NCBI GenBank assembly: GCA_964234715.1
Contig: OZ174280.1
Length of the DNA: 64,000 nucleotides
Direction: 5' to 3' (one strand)
Source: Podarcis melisellensis
Lineage: Eukaryota
Shown here: positions 37,286 to 49,384 of the stretch, one piece after another
Position numbering within the stretch: the stretch's first letter is position 1
Layout: every line of letters starts with the position of its first letter
The notes under the pieces: generated by a model
The model's input: only the letters and a program-made list of their open reading frames with translations
Databases searched by the model: none
What the model was told of the DNA's origin: nothing
Position numbers and translations under genes: made by a program

Positions 37286-37340
<55 letters not shown>
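37286..37340. repeat. (TA)n microsatellite fused to pLTR 3' end
   Basis: Direct reading. Confidence 0.95.
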
Positions 37341-37344
<4 letters not shown>

Positions 37345-38712
37345 CTGAGGGTTTGTGTTGCTAGAGGCATAAATGTGCCTTCCAATAGAGTTTGTCCTTT
37401 GATGAAATTAGTTACAGTATGGGCAGATACTGTTGGAATACAAGCAAGCTGCTTGATTCTGCTGTTGATGGAAGACAAACAAAACCAATTCAGTAGGGAG
37501 CTGTGCTATATGAAAAGTGAATGCGTAAGTGAAGTGAGTCCCAATAAACTGATGCGTAATTTAGTTTAATCCTGTTTGGGTTTTTTTGTTTTAACTATTA
37601 AATTTGCAGCAGCGGGGCTGAGGCATTTAGTTTGCATTATGCTGCTCTGCAGAAGAAGAAATATGACATTTAATCATTTTCTGAGTTGGCGTTCCTTGGG
37701 GATAGTCAAGTGATGGACAGCTAAAAGCATGTTTTAAATGCACAAGGAAAAGCTGTGTGGGGAGAGGGGGACCCACATCTATACTTTTGCCTGGGTTCAC
37801 AGCCTATATCAAATACTAACCCAAAAGGAAGCCGAGTTGCTTATTTAAATACCAGGCTTTTTGTGGTTGCCCTGTACTTCCAGGTACCCCTTGGGGTTGA
37901 TTAGCTGTACCACACAGGGCATCTTTTTAACGCTTGATGCTTTTCAACTTGTTGGTTGACCCCATTCTAAGGTGAGCTGTACCAGTGGCAGCATCACTAT
38001 TTTTTGTTGCATTTTATTGAAAAGAAGTGGGGGCGGGGAGAGAAGGTGGAAATAAATAAGCTTGAATGAGAAGCATTGAGAAAGGAAAATGGACGTGGCC
38101 TTGAGTTTCATTCTGAGGTTTGATAGGTTCCAGATTTGAAAAGTGTAAAAGGTACTGTAGCACCACCATCAATTGGGAGCGTGGGCATGCAGGTGGTTTG
38201 CAATAGTGTGAAGAAAATGGACTGATAGGCAACAATTAATGAGCGTAAAGATGGAAGCAGGTGATCATAAGGAAGTCTTGTTGAACAGCCTTAGTGAAAA
38301 GCTCAATAAACAGACACATTCTCAAGCATATGCTAGTGTTCAGAATTACATCTCCATGCATTTAACTGAAAGAGAGAGTTGCACGGCTGATTTTCTCAAC
38401 GTAGAACACTTATGGTGTGCTAATGCAGTTTCCCTTGGTGACCATGCCATTGAATGATGTTAATCTCCTCCCACTTGACACTCCAAATCATGCTCAGGAA
38501 TAACATACAAACAAGGAAGCAAGGCAGCCAGTTGTGTATCCATTTTCAAGAAAAGGTTTCATATGGATGTCCACATGGGATTACTACTAAAAAAAAAGTC
38601 ACATCATAGCCAGTCCACGTGAATAAGTCCTAAGAGATGTCTACTTTCCATTGGTAACATAGAGTGAATGTGCTATTCTCACGCCACTTTTCTTCTTTTT
38701 TTTCTGTAACAG

Positions 38713-38779
38713 CTGCTGGCTCAAAGTTGACAACTATTTTATCTGGAGTTTCATTGGGCCTGTTACCTTCATTATTCTG
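38713..38779 (+). CDS. ADGRL2: ADGRL2 exon: ECL2-TM5 ([22 protein letters not shown])
   Basis: ctgtaacag|CTGCTGG acceptor and CTG|gtaaga donor. 67 nt, phase 2/0. Too short for the ORF track; read manually. Confidence 0.95.
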
Positions 38780-38904
38780 GTAAGAATATTCTCTCTTTCC
38801 TTTCCGCCCATCTGCCTGCCTCTCTCCCAATCCACTTTATTTATTACAGTGGAAATGACCAAAGTACTTTGAAAGTCAGGTTATATTTGCTGTGAAACTG
38901 TCAT

Positions 38905-39270
38905 AGCAATAGCCCTTTTGGATAAGACCATAGGCCCATGTTCTCCAGCATCATCTTCTCACTATAACCAACCAGATGCTCATGGAAAGCTCACTTCTCG
39001 TGGGTTGTCTCCCCCCCAAAAGCAACTGCTGATATGATACCGATACTGGAAGTAGAAGACAGCCATCACAACTTCTAGCCACTGAAAGTCTTGTCTAACT
39101 GCCTTTTAAAGCTATCCAAGTTGGGGGGGGGGCAGCGCCACGTCATGTGGCAGCAAATTCTACTATGCACTGGGTTCATTTTGTCTGTCCCAGTATCCAA
39201 CACTCCAATATTCAACTTAATTGGATGACCTTGGGTTCCAGTATTGGGAGATACGGAAACCTCTCTCTGT
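38905..39270 (-). mobile_element. CR1 LINE 3' fragment (ORF2 C-terminus and 3'UTR, decayed)
   Basis: Minus-strand translation TQGHPIKL...LDSFKRQLDK resembles the CR1 ORF2 C-terminal TRGH..KL...FK..LD motif. Confidence 0.7.
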
Positions 39271-39442
39271 TGTTTGTACACAAATCGGCGAATTTCGACC
39301 AGAGGCTTTGTACAATTGTGATGGCATATGAATCACAAGTCTTAGTTTTGATTTGGGCACAGTGCTATCCCCCCCCTTGAGATGATACTTTTGGGATTTC
39401 TGTATTGCCTTCTGGTTTCAGAGCCTTTGAGATATCTTTGCA

Positions 39443-39535
39443 GAATCATAGAGTTGGAAGGGACTCCAAGGGTTGTCTAGTCCAACCCCCTGCAATGCGG
39501 GAACCACAGCTAAAGTATCCCTGACATATCATCAT
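39443..39535 (-). mobile_element. CR1-type 3' tail fragment
   Basis: GAATCATAGAGTTGGAAGGGACTCCAAGGGTTGTCTAGTCCAACCCCCTGCAATGC is the reverse complement of a CR1 terminus like that at 31800-31860. Confidence 0.7.
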
Positions 39536-39610
39536 TTATTGAATATTATCTCTGTACCTGCTGAACTAAAGCAGTGCTGTTTAAAAGCAGGACTGTTAAT
39601 AGGCTTTTAT

Positions 39611-39612
39611 TT

Positions 39613-39670
<58 letters not shown>
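39611..39670. repeat. (TTTC)n microsatellite
   Basis: Direct reading. Confidence 0.95.
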
Positions 39671-39671
<1 letters not shown>

Positions 39672-42600
39672 ACTTTGCTCTTCATCCAAGAAGTTCAAAG
39701 CTTTGTATAGGTGGTTTTCAGGTGGTATCCCATCCATGTACTTGTTTAGGAAATGACCCTATTCTTCCTCACACATTCTATAATGCAAATGCTAATGATC
39801 CTTTTGGGAGGGAAGGTATCATTTTTCATTTTACCAAACATCGCTGCAACATGGCTGATGTGTTGGTGCAAAATTCAGCCTTGTTCAAGTAGAAACTTAT
39901 CTTCTTGGAATAGTCTTACAGTCTCAACCTTTAAGCCACTATATGTATTGAGTCGTACCCATGGCACCTAATGTCATTCTGTAAGACTGAGTTGCCAATC
40001 TTTATCCTTGATTGCCAGAGAAGGCAGTTTTTTTCTCAGCAAAGCTGTACGTTATACACAGACAAATAGTATTTATTTTCCCCATCATGTTCATTGCGTT
40101 AATCATACTGTAAATCACATTATTGAAATGTTTTGAAAAACACTGTACATAACGCACAGAATTGAAATCAGTGGCTTGGCTTGCCCCTCCTCCACATTGC
40201 AGAACACTCCTGAGAGTCAGGGAACTGACCCCTCTTGCATAGTGTGGGATGTGGTGTAGAGGGAATCAGTATCACTTGTGACTTATACATCCCATTGCAT
40301 CCCATACAACATAACTCATGCCAATCAGGAAGATTAATCTGTATGTGCAATATTTATTGTGATTGAACAGGAAAAAAAACCCTATTTGGGTTGATTATTG
40401 GCATAAGGTATACACAGATTGCACAACATAGCAGTCTGGTGGCAAAATCTGATTCTAGCTATTTCACAGTATGGCTGAGGATTTGACAGGAGGTAAAATA
40501 CTCCTGTGGTTTAACAGGATTTCTTTCTTCATTCTTGAAGTTCTCACTGGCATATAAGAAGTGTGCATCATAGAGCAGGTGCATAATTCATAATCACACA
40601 ACTATAAGGATAGTGTTTTGTTTTTTAAAATTTCTCCTTTCATCATCTCAAGCAACACGGCTGATAGAAGCGTGTGCAGAGGAAACATGACACAGCAACT
40701 TATTTGAGATATGCCAGTATATATAATATGGGAAGTGATGCTCCCACTCTTGACTTTTTAGATCGTAATTAAAAATGGCAGCTTTTAATTCTGTATAGCG
40801 GCATGCAGGACTCCTTGGTATTTTTTGAAAGAAACATTGCAGGCTGAATCATCCAACTGAGCACTTCCTTTCCTCATGGTACAATTTTTGTTCTTCATGC
40901 AACACAACACGTAAGCTAGAATCGCACCGAAATAAGCCATAGCCACTTCTTTTCTCTCCATAGGGGCAAAACGTGATTGTTCCACAGTAAGTGAGATAAT
41001 CTTGCATGTTATGCTTCCCCTTCCTGTTTGAAGCCTGGAGTGTGGCAACAGAAGTTCTGCCACATCAATAGCAGAGGGCATTGCAGTGTGGCACCACCAC
41101 TCCTGCTCTCCAGTTGGGCTGTGTCGCTGCTGTTTACCAGGAGGCAGAGGAGTAGTTAGCCAGCAGTGAGCTGGTACAGTGCCCAACACACCGGAGGAAC
41201 CAATCCAGTTCTCCCGCCAGTGCCTCTGTAGTGTGCTAGCCTCACCGCTGCCTCATTCCTCCTCTCTACCTCCCAGAAAGCAACAATGGTGAAACAAACC
41301 AGAGGTCAGGTGAGTGGTGCCAGGCCACCATGCTTGTCTGCTACTGCTTCCTAAATTATTAAAAATGATAATAATCCCAACAAGTAGAACTTCAGTACGC
41401 CAGGGAGAAAGTTTCTAGCCCATATTGCACACTTAGAATGCTGAGGACTGTGAGTGTTTTATGTATTTAAAAATTGCATCTCCTACCTGCAGCCTGAAGT
41501 ACTAGCCCATTCTGCCACCTCATTCACATGTAATTCTGTTGCAAGTGGACTGGTCACAGGCGTGGGAATAAAGTGGCTGAAAGTAATGTGAGAGCTAAAG
41601 TTCAGTGAGCCAGGGTCTTGGTATGTCTCCTCCCCCCCCTCTCTCTTTTTTTACAAAAATAACAGCATCATTTACTGTGAGCAGTACTTTCTTTGGGGTT
41701 TTTTCTCTCCCCCTCCCTCTCTTTCTCTGTCTTTAAATAACATTACACTTTGTGTGGGCCTTGGGCATTGAGGCAGATATTGGTGTTTCCTCATAACCAG
41801 GTCAGAGTGAAAATCGGGGTGAGGGACATTTAATCATATTGACCATGTACAGTCAGAGTCTACTATTATTTACCGGCCATGACATTATTATCCTCCTGCA
41901 AATCATTTAGACTGAGAAGTGAAAGGCCTTTGGGAGCAGTATTCCCAACTTCAAAAAATATGAAACAGCAGGTAGCAATCACTGCACAGTTCCTGGGAGT
42001 AATTCTTCTCTGGCAATTGCTTTGCCCTCTAATCGTACCGACCAAAAGAAAAGAGAGTGTAATGATTCGAGAACAGTGTAATGTGAACAGTGTAACTGCA
42101 GAAGAGGTATGGGTGTACATTAATGTATATGCGCCATTCAAGAATTTACCATTACAATCCTTACAAACATATGGTGATGGTTGTATAACAACAACAGCTG
42201 TTGCTGTTGCTACTATTTAACAATTTATTTAGCCACAACAATGTGCTGCAATAATCATGGAATATTTGTTAGCTGGAATGCAACTCTCAATGCAGAGTAT
42301 GCTAGAGTCGGCCCAATACTGGGCTGCCTTCAAGCACATTATAGAGAAAGTACTGTAGACTACTGTGTATGACTCTGTTAAATACAGTGCACTGAAAATG
42401 GAGTTTGTGTTTGTAGTCCTTAACAGAAAAGCTCATAATATGTGAGCTACTTCTAATGGACTTTCAAACTCTACATTATAGGTTGTACCAAGCTTTTTGG
42501 GTCACTATTGAGTATGAAACACAGAAAAAAAAAACCACCCCCTCATTTCTTCCTTACACATATGTGGGCACACCCAGCCAGGAAAGGCAAACAGCAGATA

Positions 42601-45600
42601 GTTAATTCTATATTTACAAAAGCAGCTCCTTAGGCGCACCGGATACCCACACTATGTAGTTGTCTACATAGCTGTTTTCCAAGTTTGTGTCTGGGCTTAG
42701 GTACCGTTGTCTGACATGAGTGCACACACGCAACCTGAGCCTTCTTGGATACAGTGAGCAGTCTCTTCCTCCACTTCCAATTTGTCCTGCATGCCCACCT
42801 CCAACTCTTGACTGCTCGGACCCATCCTCTTCTCCTTTCCTGGCTCCTGGGTGGCACCCAACCCCCAAAATCTCTGCCCCTCCTCTCCTGGGTTCGCCTC
42901 CGCCCCCTTGCCTCCATCACATATTCGTCAGAGTATTTCTAGTCCCTCTCAATATGTTACCTTGTGCATAACTGTTATCATGTGTACACAGAACACAGAT
43001 GTGTACACTGAATTAAGAACAACCACAGTTTTAATTTACTGGCTTTAGAATTTGAGATCTTATTCTTTTCCCACCTCCAGCCCACATACACAAAATTGTA
43101 GACTCCTTTGGGGGGAAAGACTAATACACCCATTAAGGAACAGTTAGATAAATTATAGCCTATACTGATCTTAATTGATAAGTTGCAGAAAATAAAAGCC
43201 TGAGTGTCGGTGATTTAATGGACCGCTATCAGCATTTATATGATCTTGAGGCTTTAGTCCATTGTAATTCAAGCAAAAGATTTATTTAGTACATTCTCAG
43301 ATAAGATTCTGTGGCCATGATAATCTAATATAAATTTAGGCACTCATGATCTTGTTGAAATTGGCTGCTAATTTGAGGGAAGGAGATGGGCAGTATAATG
43401 TTATCTATTTGTTTTAAAGGAACTGGAAGAAAATTGTGTTCTTTGGGAACAGTAAGTGTTCAAGGGGAAATCTGCAACCGGACGTTCCATTGACTTCGTC
43501 CTTTTATCGGAATTTTTGATACATACACCGATTTTTATATAAGCTTTTCTGCCTTCCTTAAAAATAAGAATTGGGCATATTGGTCAGAATTAGGATCTCA
43601 TTGTTTTGAACGGGATCAAGCACATGCAGCTCTGCACTGCGTTGTTGACTATGTATTTCTGTGTTTCTTGATCACAGCCTTTTTATTTATTGCACGCCTT
43701 GCTGTTTTTTGCATTTAAAGTAAATATCACTACCCTCCCTTTCCTTTCCACACCCACCCGATGCTTTCCCTCTTAAGGTTAGGTAGGCCTGCCTTCCCAA
43801 ATAACCTTGCCCGTTCTCGGCGCTTTAGGAAACATAAGGCGTTCAGATCCTTGAAGGAGAGCAGTTGACTTTCCTTTCAGACTACGGGGCACCGGGGTTA
43901 TTGTATCTATGGAAGAAAGCATGTGTGAGAGTAATGAGCAGTGGAACGCCATTAGTATGCCTGAAATGATTTAATGAAAGCTTGGATCATGACACGTCAG
44001 GAGCTGTTCTTATCATTTGGACAGCTCCATCTGCATCCTTAATAATTAATTAAGTTCAGGGAGAGTTCAGCTTTGCGCACTCCTTTCGAAGGGCTCCTTC
44101 AGACAACACTTCTCGGGCTGCCAGTCCCAGAGAGGAATAGGCTTCTGCTTGGCTAAGAGCAAGGATCTGCGAGATAGAAGAGCAATTTTAGAGCTTGCCT
44201 CTGCCAGGTAACAAAAGCTCCAGGGAGGACAAACAGGGTCAGAACATGTGCAGTTCAGCTAGGTTACCTCGGAGTGGTGTTTCTGTTCTTCTGTCTTATC
44301 ATATCCATGTCAGCACTTCAGGCTGTGTGGAATGAATTTTAAGCTGCTAAGCTCAATGTAATGCAATTGAGCAGCTTGATGGCTTTAATAAAACAAACAG
44401 TGCACTCTGGCAAACTCTGGTCAGAAAAGCCCACACTTTTGACTTTTTGTGTTTTGCCTCTTTTCGCTTTAATATAATTCAAGGAGGTTCGAGGTTGGTT
44501 AGACTTGTCATTTGTGTTGCGCTCCTGAGAGAGATTCTCATGAGCCTTAGGAATCGCCTGCAGGAAGATGACTGACCCAAAGCATTCTGGATGTGGTTCT
44601 GTTTCATGAATAGGGAAACATATGATCTCTAAAGAGACAACATTACTTCTCCTTAGTGATACTGTCCATCCAAGACAAAGCAACTTTGCAGTGATAGCAT
44701 AATAGGCATTGGGCAAATCCTCAGTGTGAATAATGGAAGTTTTAGAAATTTAGGCATAGTTCCTGTGCTGGCAGTATGGAGAGGGATGTCTAATACTTTA
44801 TACTTACCACATCCTAGAAAAATGAATTCACCATAATGTGATAAGCTTCTGTGATTCAAGTACATGTTTCCATAGCTGCAGATGCCTTGTCAGCAATACA
44901 CCATTCACTCGCTTATTAGTTTGGTTTATCTTCATTTGTATGCCACTATTTGATTATTCAGAGTGACATATAGCAAATTAAAATGACCACTTGGTGGAAG
45001 CTGGAGAACTGAAACTAACCCTGAATTGAAACCAGTCCCCCACTACTGCCACTGAAGAGGTGATCAGCATAAAGGTGACATTATGCCAAGTTGGGCTTAT
45101 TACATCTTGGTTTTGTAAGCCTTTTCTCTACACACATTGCCTCTTCTCTGCCCTTCTCAATTACACCAGTAACACTTCAATCAACTGTCCTTTCCCATTA
45201 CATCTGAACTGGGAAACTATGGTTACAAAGTTCTCAAAACACAGCTTGAAGTTGGTTTAAGATCCTAACTTTTTCTGTACCTGGTAACCATGGCTTACCA
45301 GTTCAGGCACAATGAGAAGCTATGGCTAAGTAAGTGATGTCTTGCTTTAACTGCATCGAGGAAAGGGGTTGCATATGCAGGCACAAAACTTGTTCACAAT
45401 ATAATATAACAAAGCTTATATCCAAAATATCACTATCCTACACCACACCCAGTTCTACTGGTGCTACCGGATGGGCCTTTTAGCATTTCAGACGGCTTTT
45501 GTATAATAATAGTGCAGTAGTAGAAATGGTTTTGTTGACTTTAGTTTACAGAGTTCATAACAGTGTGTTGTTTTGGAAAATTGTGGTTTACAAAATATAG

Positions 45601-47900
45601 ACAATATATGTATTCTGCTCTTGTGCCTGGGATTTCATGCATGGCTCATATTGCGAGCTAGGACTAGGCATGCAGAAAAGTCTCCTTCTCCACACACTTC
45701 ACCCTCACTCAATAGGTCCACAGTTCTCACACCCTTTGAGAGGAATCATTAATCACAAGAAAATTACAAGATCATTTTATAGTGTTGTGACAGCAGAAAT
45801 ATTTCCGTGAGTCAGTTTGAATCAATTCCTTGAAGGAATCAATTCAGTGGCTTTCAAGGCGCACACAATATTAATGTTCTTTAAGAAATTAAGCATTTAA
45901 ACTGTCATATATATATCACCCAATCACACCTTACAAATATTTGTGATTTCTTAGATAGCAATGAGAAGAATCAGGAGAGTGAAGAATAAGCAAAACATTT
46001 TCTTCATAAAAATTCCGAGTACAAGTCATTTCTTGTGAGTGTATGCTCTTCAACAAGTTCCTCTGCTCTGCCCCTTTCTGCTTTCCATGTTACATGATAT
46101 TATGGCAATCTGTCCGAGTTTGTTTAACCCTTGATTAGAGGTGATTTATCTAGAGGAGAGGCATTTTCCCAGAGCTCTCACCTACCATGGTGATGTTCTT
46201 ACCAGGTGCGTGTGTTTAATAGCAAGAAAGCGAATACTTTTCTAATGGGTACTTGGAGCATAGGCAAACCAGGACTTCTGAATGTTGCTTTCACAGAGCG
46301 AACTAGTGTGCTTTGGTTTGCTTGATACTTTAAATTGTATCATATTTCACAGAGATGTGGTGAACAAGTATCTCATGCTCTGTTGTCATATGTCTTAGTT
46401 ACTTTGCTTTAGAACTACAGTATGTTGTATTCTTAAAGAGACTTTCATTTTCACTTACCATCATATTACAGGACCTTTATCAGCTGAATCAAAGTGCAGT
46501 GTTTCTTGTTCTGCCACCCTTTCTCTTTCTTTCACTTTCTATGCTTAAGCAGACACTCAATTTTTTATTTTTATATCAATCAATAAGTTTTATTGTTTAT
46601 AGCCAATGGCCATCACAATACAATATGAGCACAAATCACACAGCTACAAAAAACACTGTATGCTCCAGACCAGGAAAAATCCACCATGTCCAAAATTTAG
46701 GAACATTCCTTCTACTCAGCACCCCCCACCACAAAGGATTCTTTTGGCACTTTCAAATCTGATTAGCCGTCTACTGGCATGAGTAGCATGATGATATCAC
46801 TGACCCCAGTTATGGATAGTGTTTGCTGTCTTGGGGGGTGGAGGAAGAGATGTTTGCTGTAGGGAGGTAGGAGGGCTTGCTTCATAAACCACATTGGTTT
46901 CCACAGCGGATACCCACAGGGATCTGGCTGATGTTATAGCATCTATGGCAATCCTCAACTCCTGCCAGTGAGGAATCCAGTTGGAAGTAGCATATGGCTT
47001 AAAGGCCCAATTAGGGCCACTATTCCAGCACTAAACATGAGTAAAGAAGTCATGATCCTGAACACTCTAGTAGCAAAGTAGAAAGCAAAGCTATGCCAGC
47101 AGAAACAAGAGATATTAGCATAGCAGCATGGACAACCACATCCACAGTATCCATGGAAATCTTGCACCAACACTGGTCACAGCCAGGCAATTTATAGTGA
47201 CTTCAGGGGTGCTGTGATGCTATCACAGAAACCGTTCCACCCCCACCCCCAGTGCACGAGCATGCTTGCTGGAAGAGATATTTGTGTCTCAGAAGCATCT
47301 GTGACTCACTGGTTAGGAGGACAGCAGCTGATCCCTGCAGCCACAGTGGCATCAGCAGGATTTTGGATTACAAGGCAGCCAAAATACAGAATCAGAAGCA
47401 GCCTGAAATCATAACACCTTTTGCCAGAACCAAACAGTGTCCACTCCAGTTAAAGCAGGCAGCCAGTTTGTATAACCCAGAGTGTAGAAGGCTTGGGTAT
47501 AGAAACTACAGGACGATGGCCTCACTGTTCCTTCCTCTGATAGAATGCTTAGTTAATATAACAATGCACATAAAAGATGTGCGTTACTGTCTGTGTAAGG
47601 GTGCAGCCATTTTGCAAGGGAGAAAAGATAGCCAATTCTGCTAGGAAGAATACACAGCAAAACAGCAAGGACAAAAAAAGAAAGCATTGTGAGCTGCCTG
47701 GTTGCTATAGAGTACAAAATAAATGCATTATTTACACTATGGCTTTACAGGGAAGTGGAAAGGGCAGTCTTTGAGTCATTGCTAATTCCTGCAGTTGCAA
47801 CAGGGGATCAAACTGGCTTCAGTTTAACTCCCAGTATTGGTTGTAGTTTATTGTCAAGTAGTTCATATGTAAACAAGGTCATTAACATGCCGAAATTATT

Positions 47901-48230
47901 GGACTTCCGGGATAGCGCGATCCGGTAATGGCGGATTCCCTCCGAGCTCCGGAGGGAATCGGCTCCGCAGAGGACGGGTCTTGCCGTGCCGGCGACACGG
48001 GGACCCTCAAAAACCGCAGGCGCTGAAGCCTGCGGACTTGGTGACTCGGTGGGCACCTTAAACGCCCTCCCCGACCCGCGAAGAGCCTTTTTAAAGGCTG
48101 CGGAGTGGACTGGGGTGCGGCGCGGTGCTGAGAGTCCATCGCTACCTCGGCGGAGCGAAGCCGCGAGCCATGGCTGGAGAGCGCTGTCTTCCTTCCTGAA
48201 ATTTGGACTGAAACAAAGAACCCGTGAGTA
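47901..48230 (+). promoter_or_regulatory. CpG-rich 5' region of the retroposon; putative internal Pol II promoter
   Basis: The densest CpG cluster in an otherwise CpG-depleted window. ETS-like ACTTCCGG at the very 5' end. Position is analogous to L1 5'UTR promoters. Confidence 0.55.
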
Positions 48231-48709
48231 AAATGAAAATTCGACACTAAAATTTTACCTTTGATTGGAGTACGACCGGGGGATGTGCTAAAAGGAAGTC
48301 CACACTCCCCCCCCCCACAAAAAGATTCAAGCAAGGAGAGGAGCACTAAGGTGGAAAGACTTTTGTGTTTAGAAAAACAACTTGCACGAAATGGATTAAA
48401 AGTTATTGTGCTGGAGAGGAAAGAGGAATATTAGAAGCTTTTGTGTAATCCCCCCCCCATTCTGGACCCGGGAGTGTCCTGCGTGTGAGCCTGAGGAAAA
48501 AAAGAGAAAGTTTGACAGCTGTCAAAAGAGCTGTTAAACGGACGATTAGAGGCTGGAACTGTGATATTTAGAAATTTCTCTTTGGATTAAAGGTGACATA
48601 TTGTATCTGAACTGATTGGAAACAAAGTATTTTGAACAACAAAGTAACGAATTGCTGGAAAAGAACTATTAGACTGGCAATCCCCCTGGAGGGAACAAAG
48701 GATACTGCA

Positions 48710-49384
48710 ATGGCTGCAGAAGGAAAATTATGGGCAGAGATAGAAAGGATGTTTTTTCTCGTGGGAACTTTACAAGAGCAGACTGCAGATATGAGCAAAC
48801 AACTTGTGACCTTGAATCTGAAATTGAGCAACTCTGCTGACAATACAAAGTTGGAAAAAAACCTGGCAGCCGGAAAAGAAGAGACAGCTTTGGAAATGGG
48901 GGGAAAAGAAGAAGAAGAAGAAGGAGAGGATGTTCAGATGGAAAGCACCAACCAAAAGTCTGCAGCTTTAGGAAACAAAGGAACTGAAGAAGAGGACCAG
49001 TGGACCGTAAATCTGCAAAAGGAGAGAAGGACAAAGGAAGAAGCCCCTGGAATATCTGGAATACTGAAATACAAAAAAACAAATAAACATGATTGGGACT
49101 TCTTCCTCAAGTTCGAATATGGGAGACTGGCAGATCCATGGCAGCAATTGCTATTGACTGATTCGGTGGAAAGAAAGAACAAGCATGATTGGGACCTTTT
49201 CTTTAAGATTGAACATGGGAGATTGGCAGATCCTTGGCAGCAATTGCTACTGACTTTGGTGGAAAGAAAGAAGATGGAACTTGGGACACAACTCCTTCGA
49301 GAACTGAAGGCCAATAAGCAACAAAACAGATGGAGAAAGACTAACTGGGGCTTGAGAGCCTCGGATGTGAGAAATCCGGGCTGA
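48710..49384 (+). CDS. Retroposon-encoded 224-aa protein of unknown function (putative N-terminal coiled coil, acidic linker, two 32-aa repeats)
   Basis: Uninterrupted ORF (track 48632..49384). First ATG at 48710 is in a good Kozak context (gcaATGG). It lies inside the TSD-bounded element, and the internal repeat shows codon-respecting divergence. Confidence 0.6.
   Translation: MAAEGKLWAEIERMFFLVGTLQEQTADMSKQLVTLNLKLSNSADNTKLEKNLAAGKEETALEMGGKEEEEEGEDVQMESTNQKSAALGNKGTEEEDQWTVNLQKERRTKEEAPGISGILKYKKTNKHDWDFFLKFEYGRLADPWQQLLLTDSVERKNKHDWDLFFKIEHGRLADPWQQLLLTLVERKKMELGTQLLRELKANKQQNRWRKTNWGLRASDVRNPG

Larger units (their letters stand above)
36450..37340. mobile_element. Penelope-like retroelement pLTR array forming three overlapping inverted repeats, joined to (TA)n tracts
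   Basis: Perfect palindrome centred at 36521/36522. Arms 36521-36675 and 36700-36854 surround (AT)n. Arms 36729-36993 and 37023-37287 surround a 29-nt spacer. Each unit carries CTGAAGA-T-stem-GAAACGTC, the Penelope-type minimal hammerhead. Confidence 0.8.

Noticed and set aside
36450-37340. CRISPR-like or engineered repeat array
   Set aside because: The repeats are long and inverted with no unique spacers. The context is a vertebrate intron, and Penelope pLTRs explain it.
36238-37569. Repeated ORFs starting MTSETSSKRRLDTPTF
   Set aside because: These are translations of the non-coding pLTR/hammerhead copies running into (TA)n or N runs. No coding signal.
47808-49314. Antisense and GC-rich ORFs in the retroposon (e.g. 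47882..48346-, 48669..49082-, 48934..49314-)
   Set aside because: Explained by stop-poor GC-rich 5' sequence and shadowing of the + strand ORF. An ORF0-like role cannot be supported from sequence alone.
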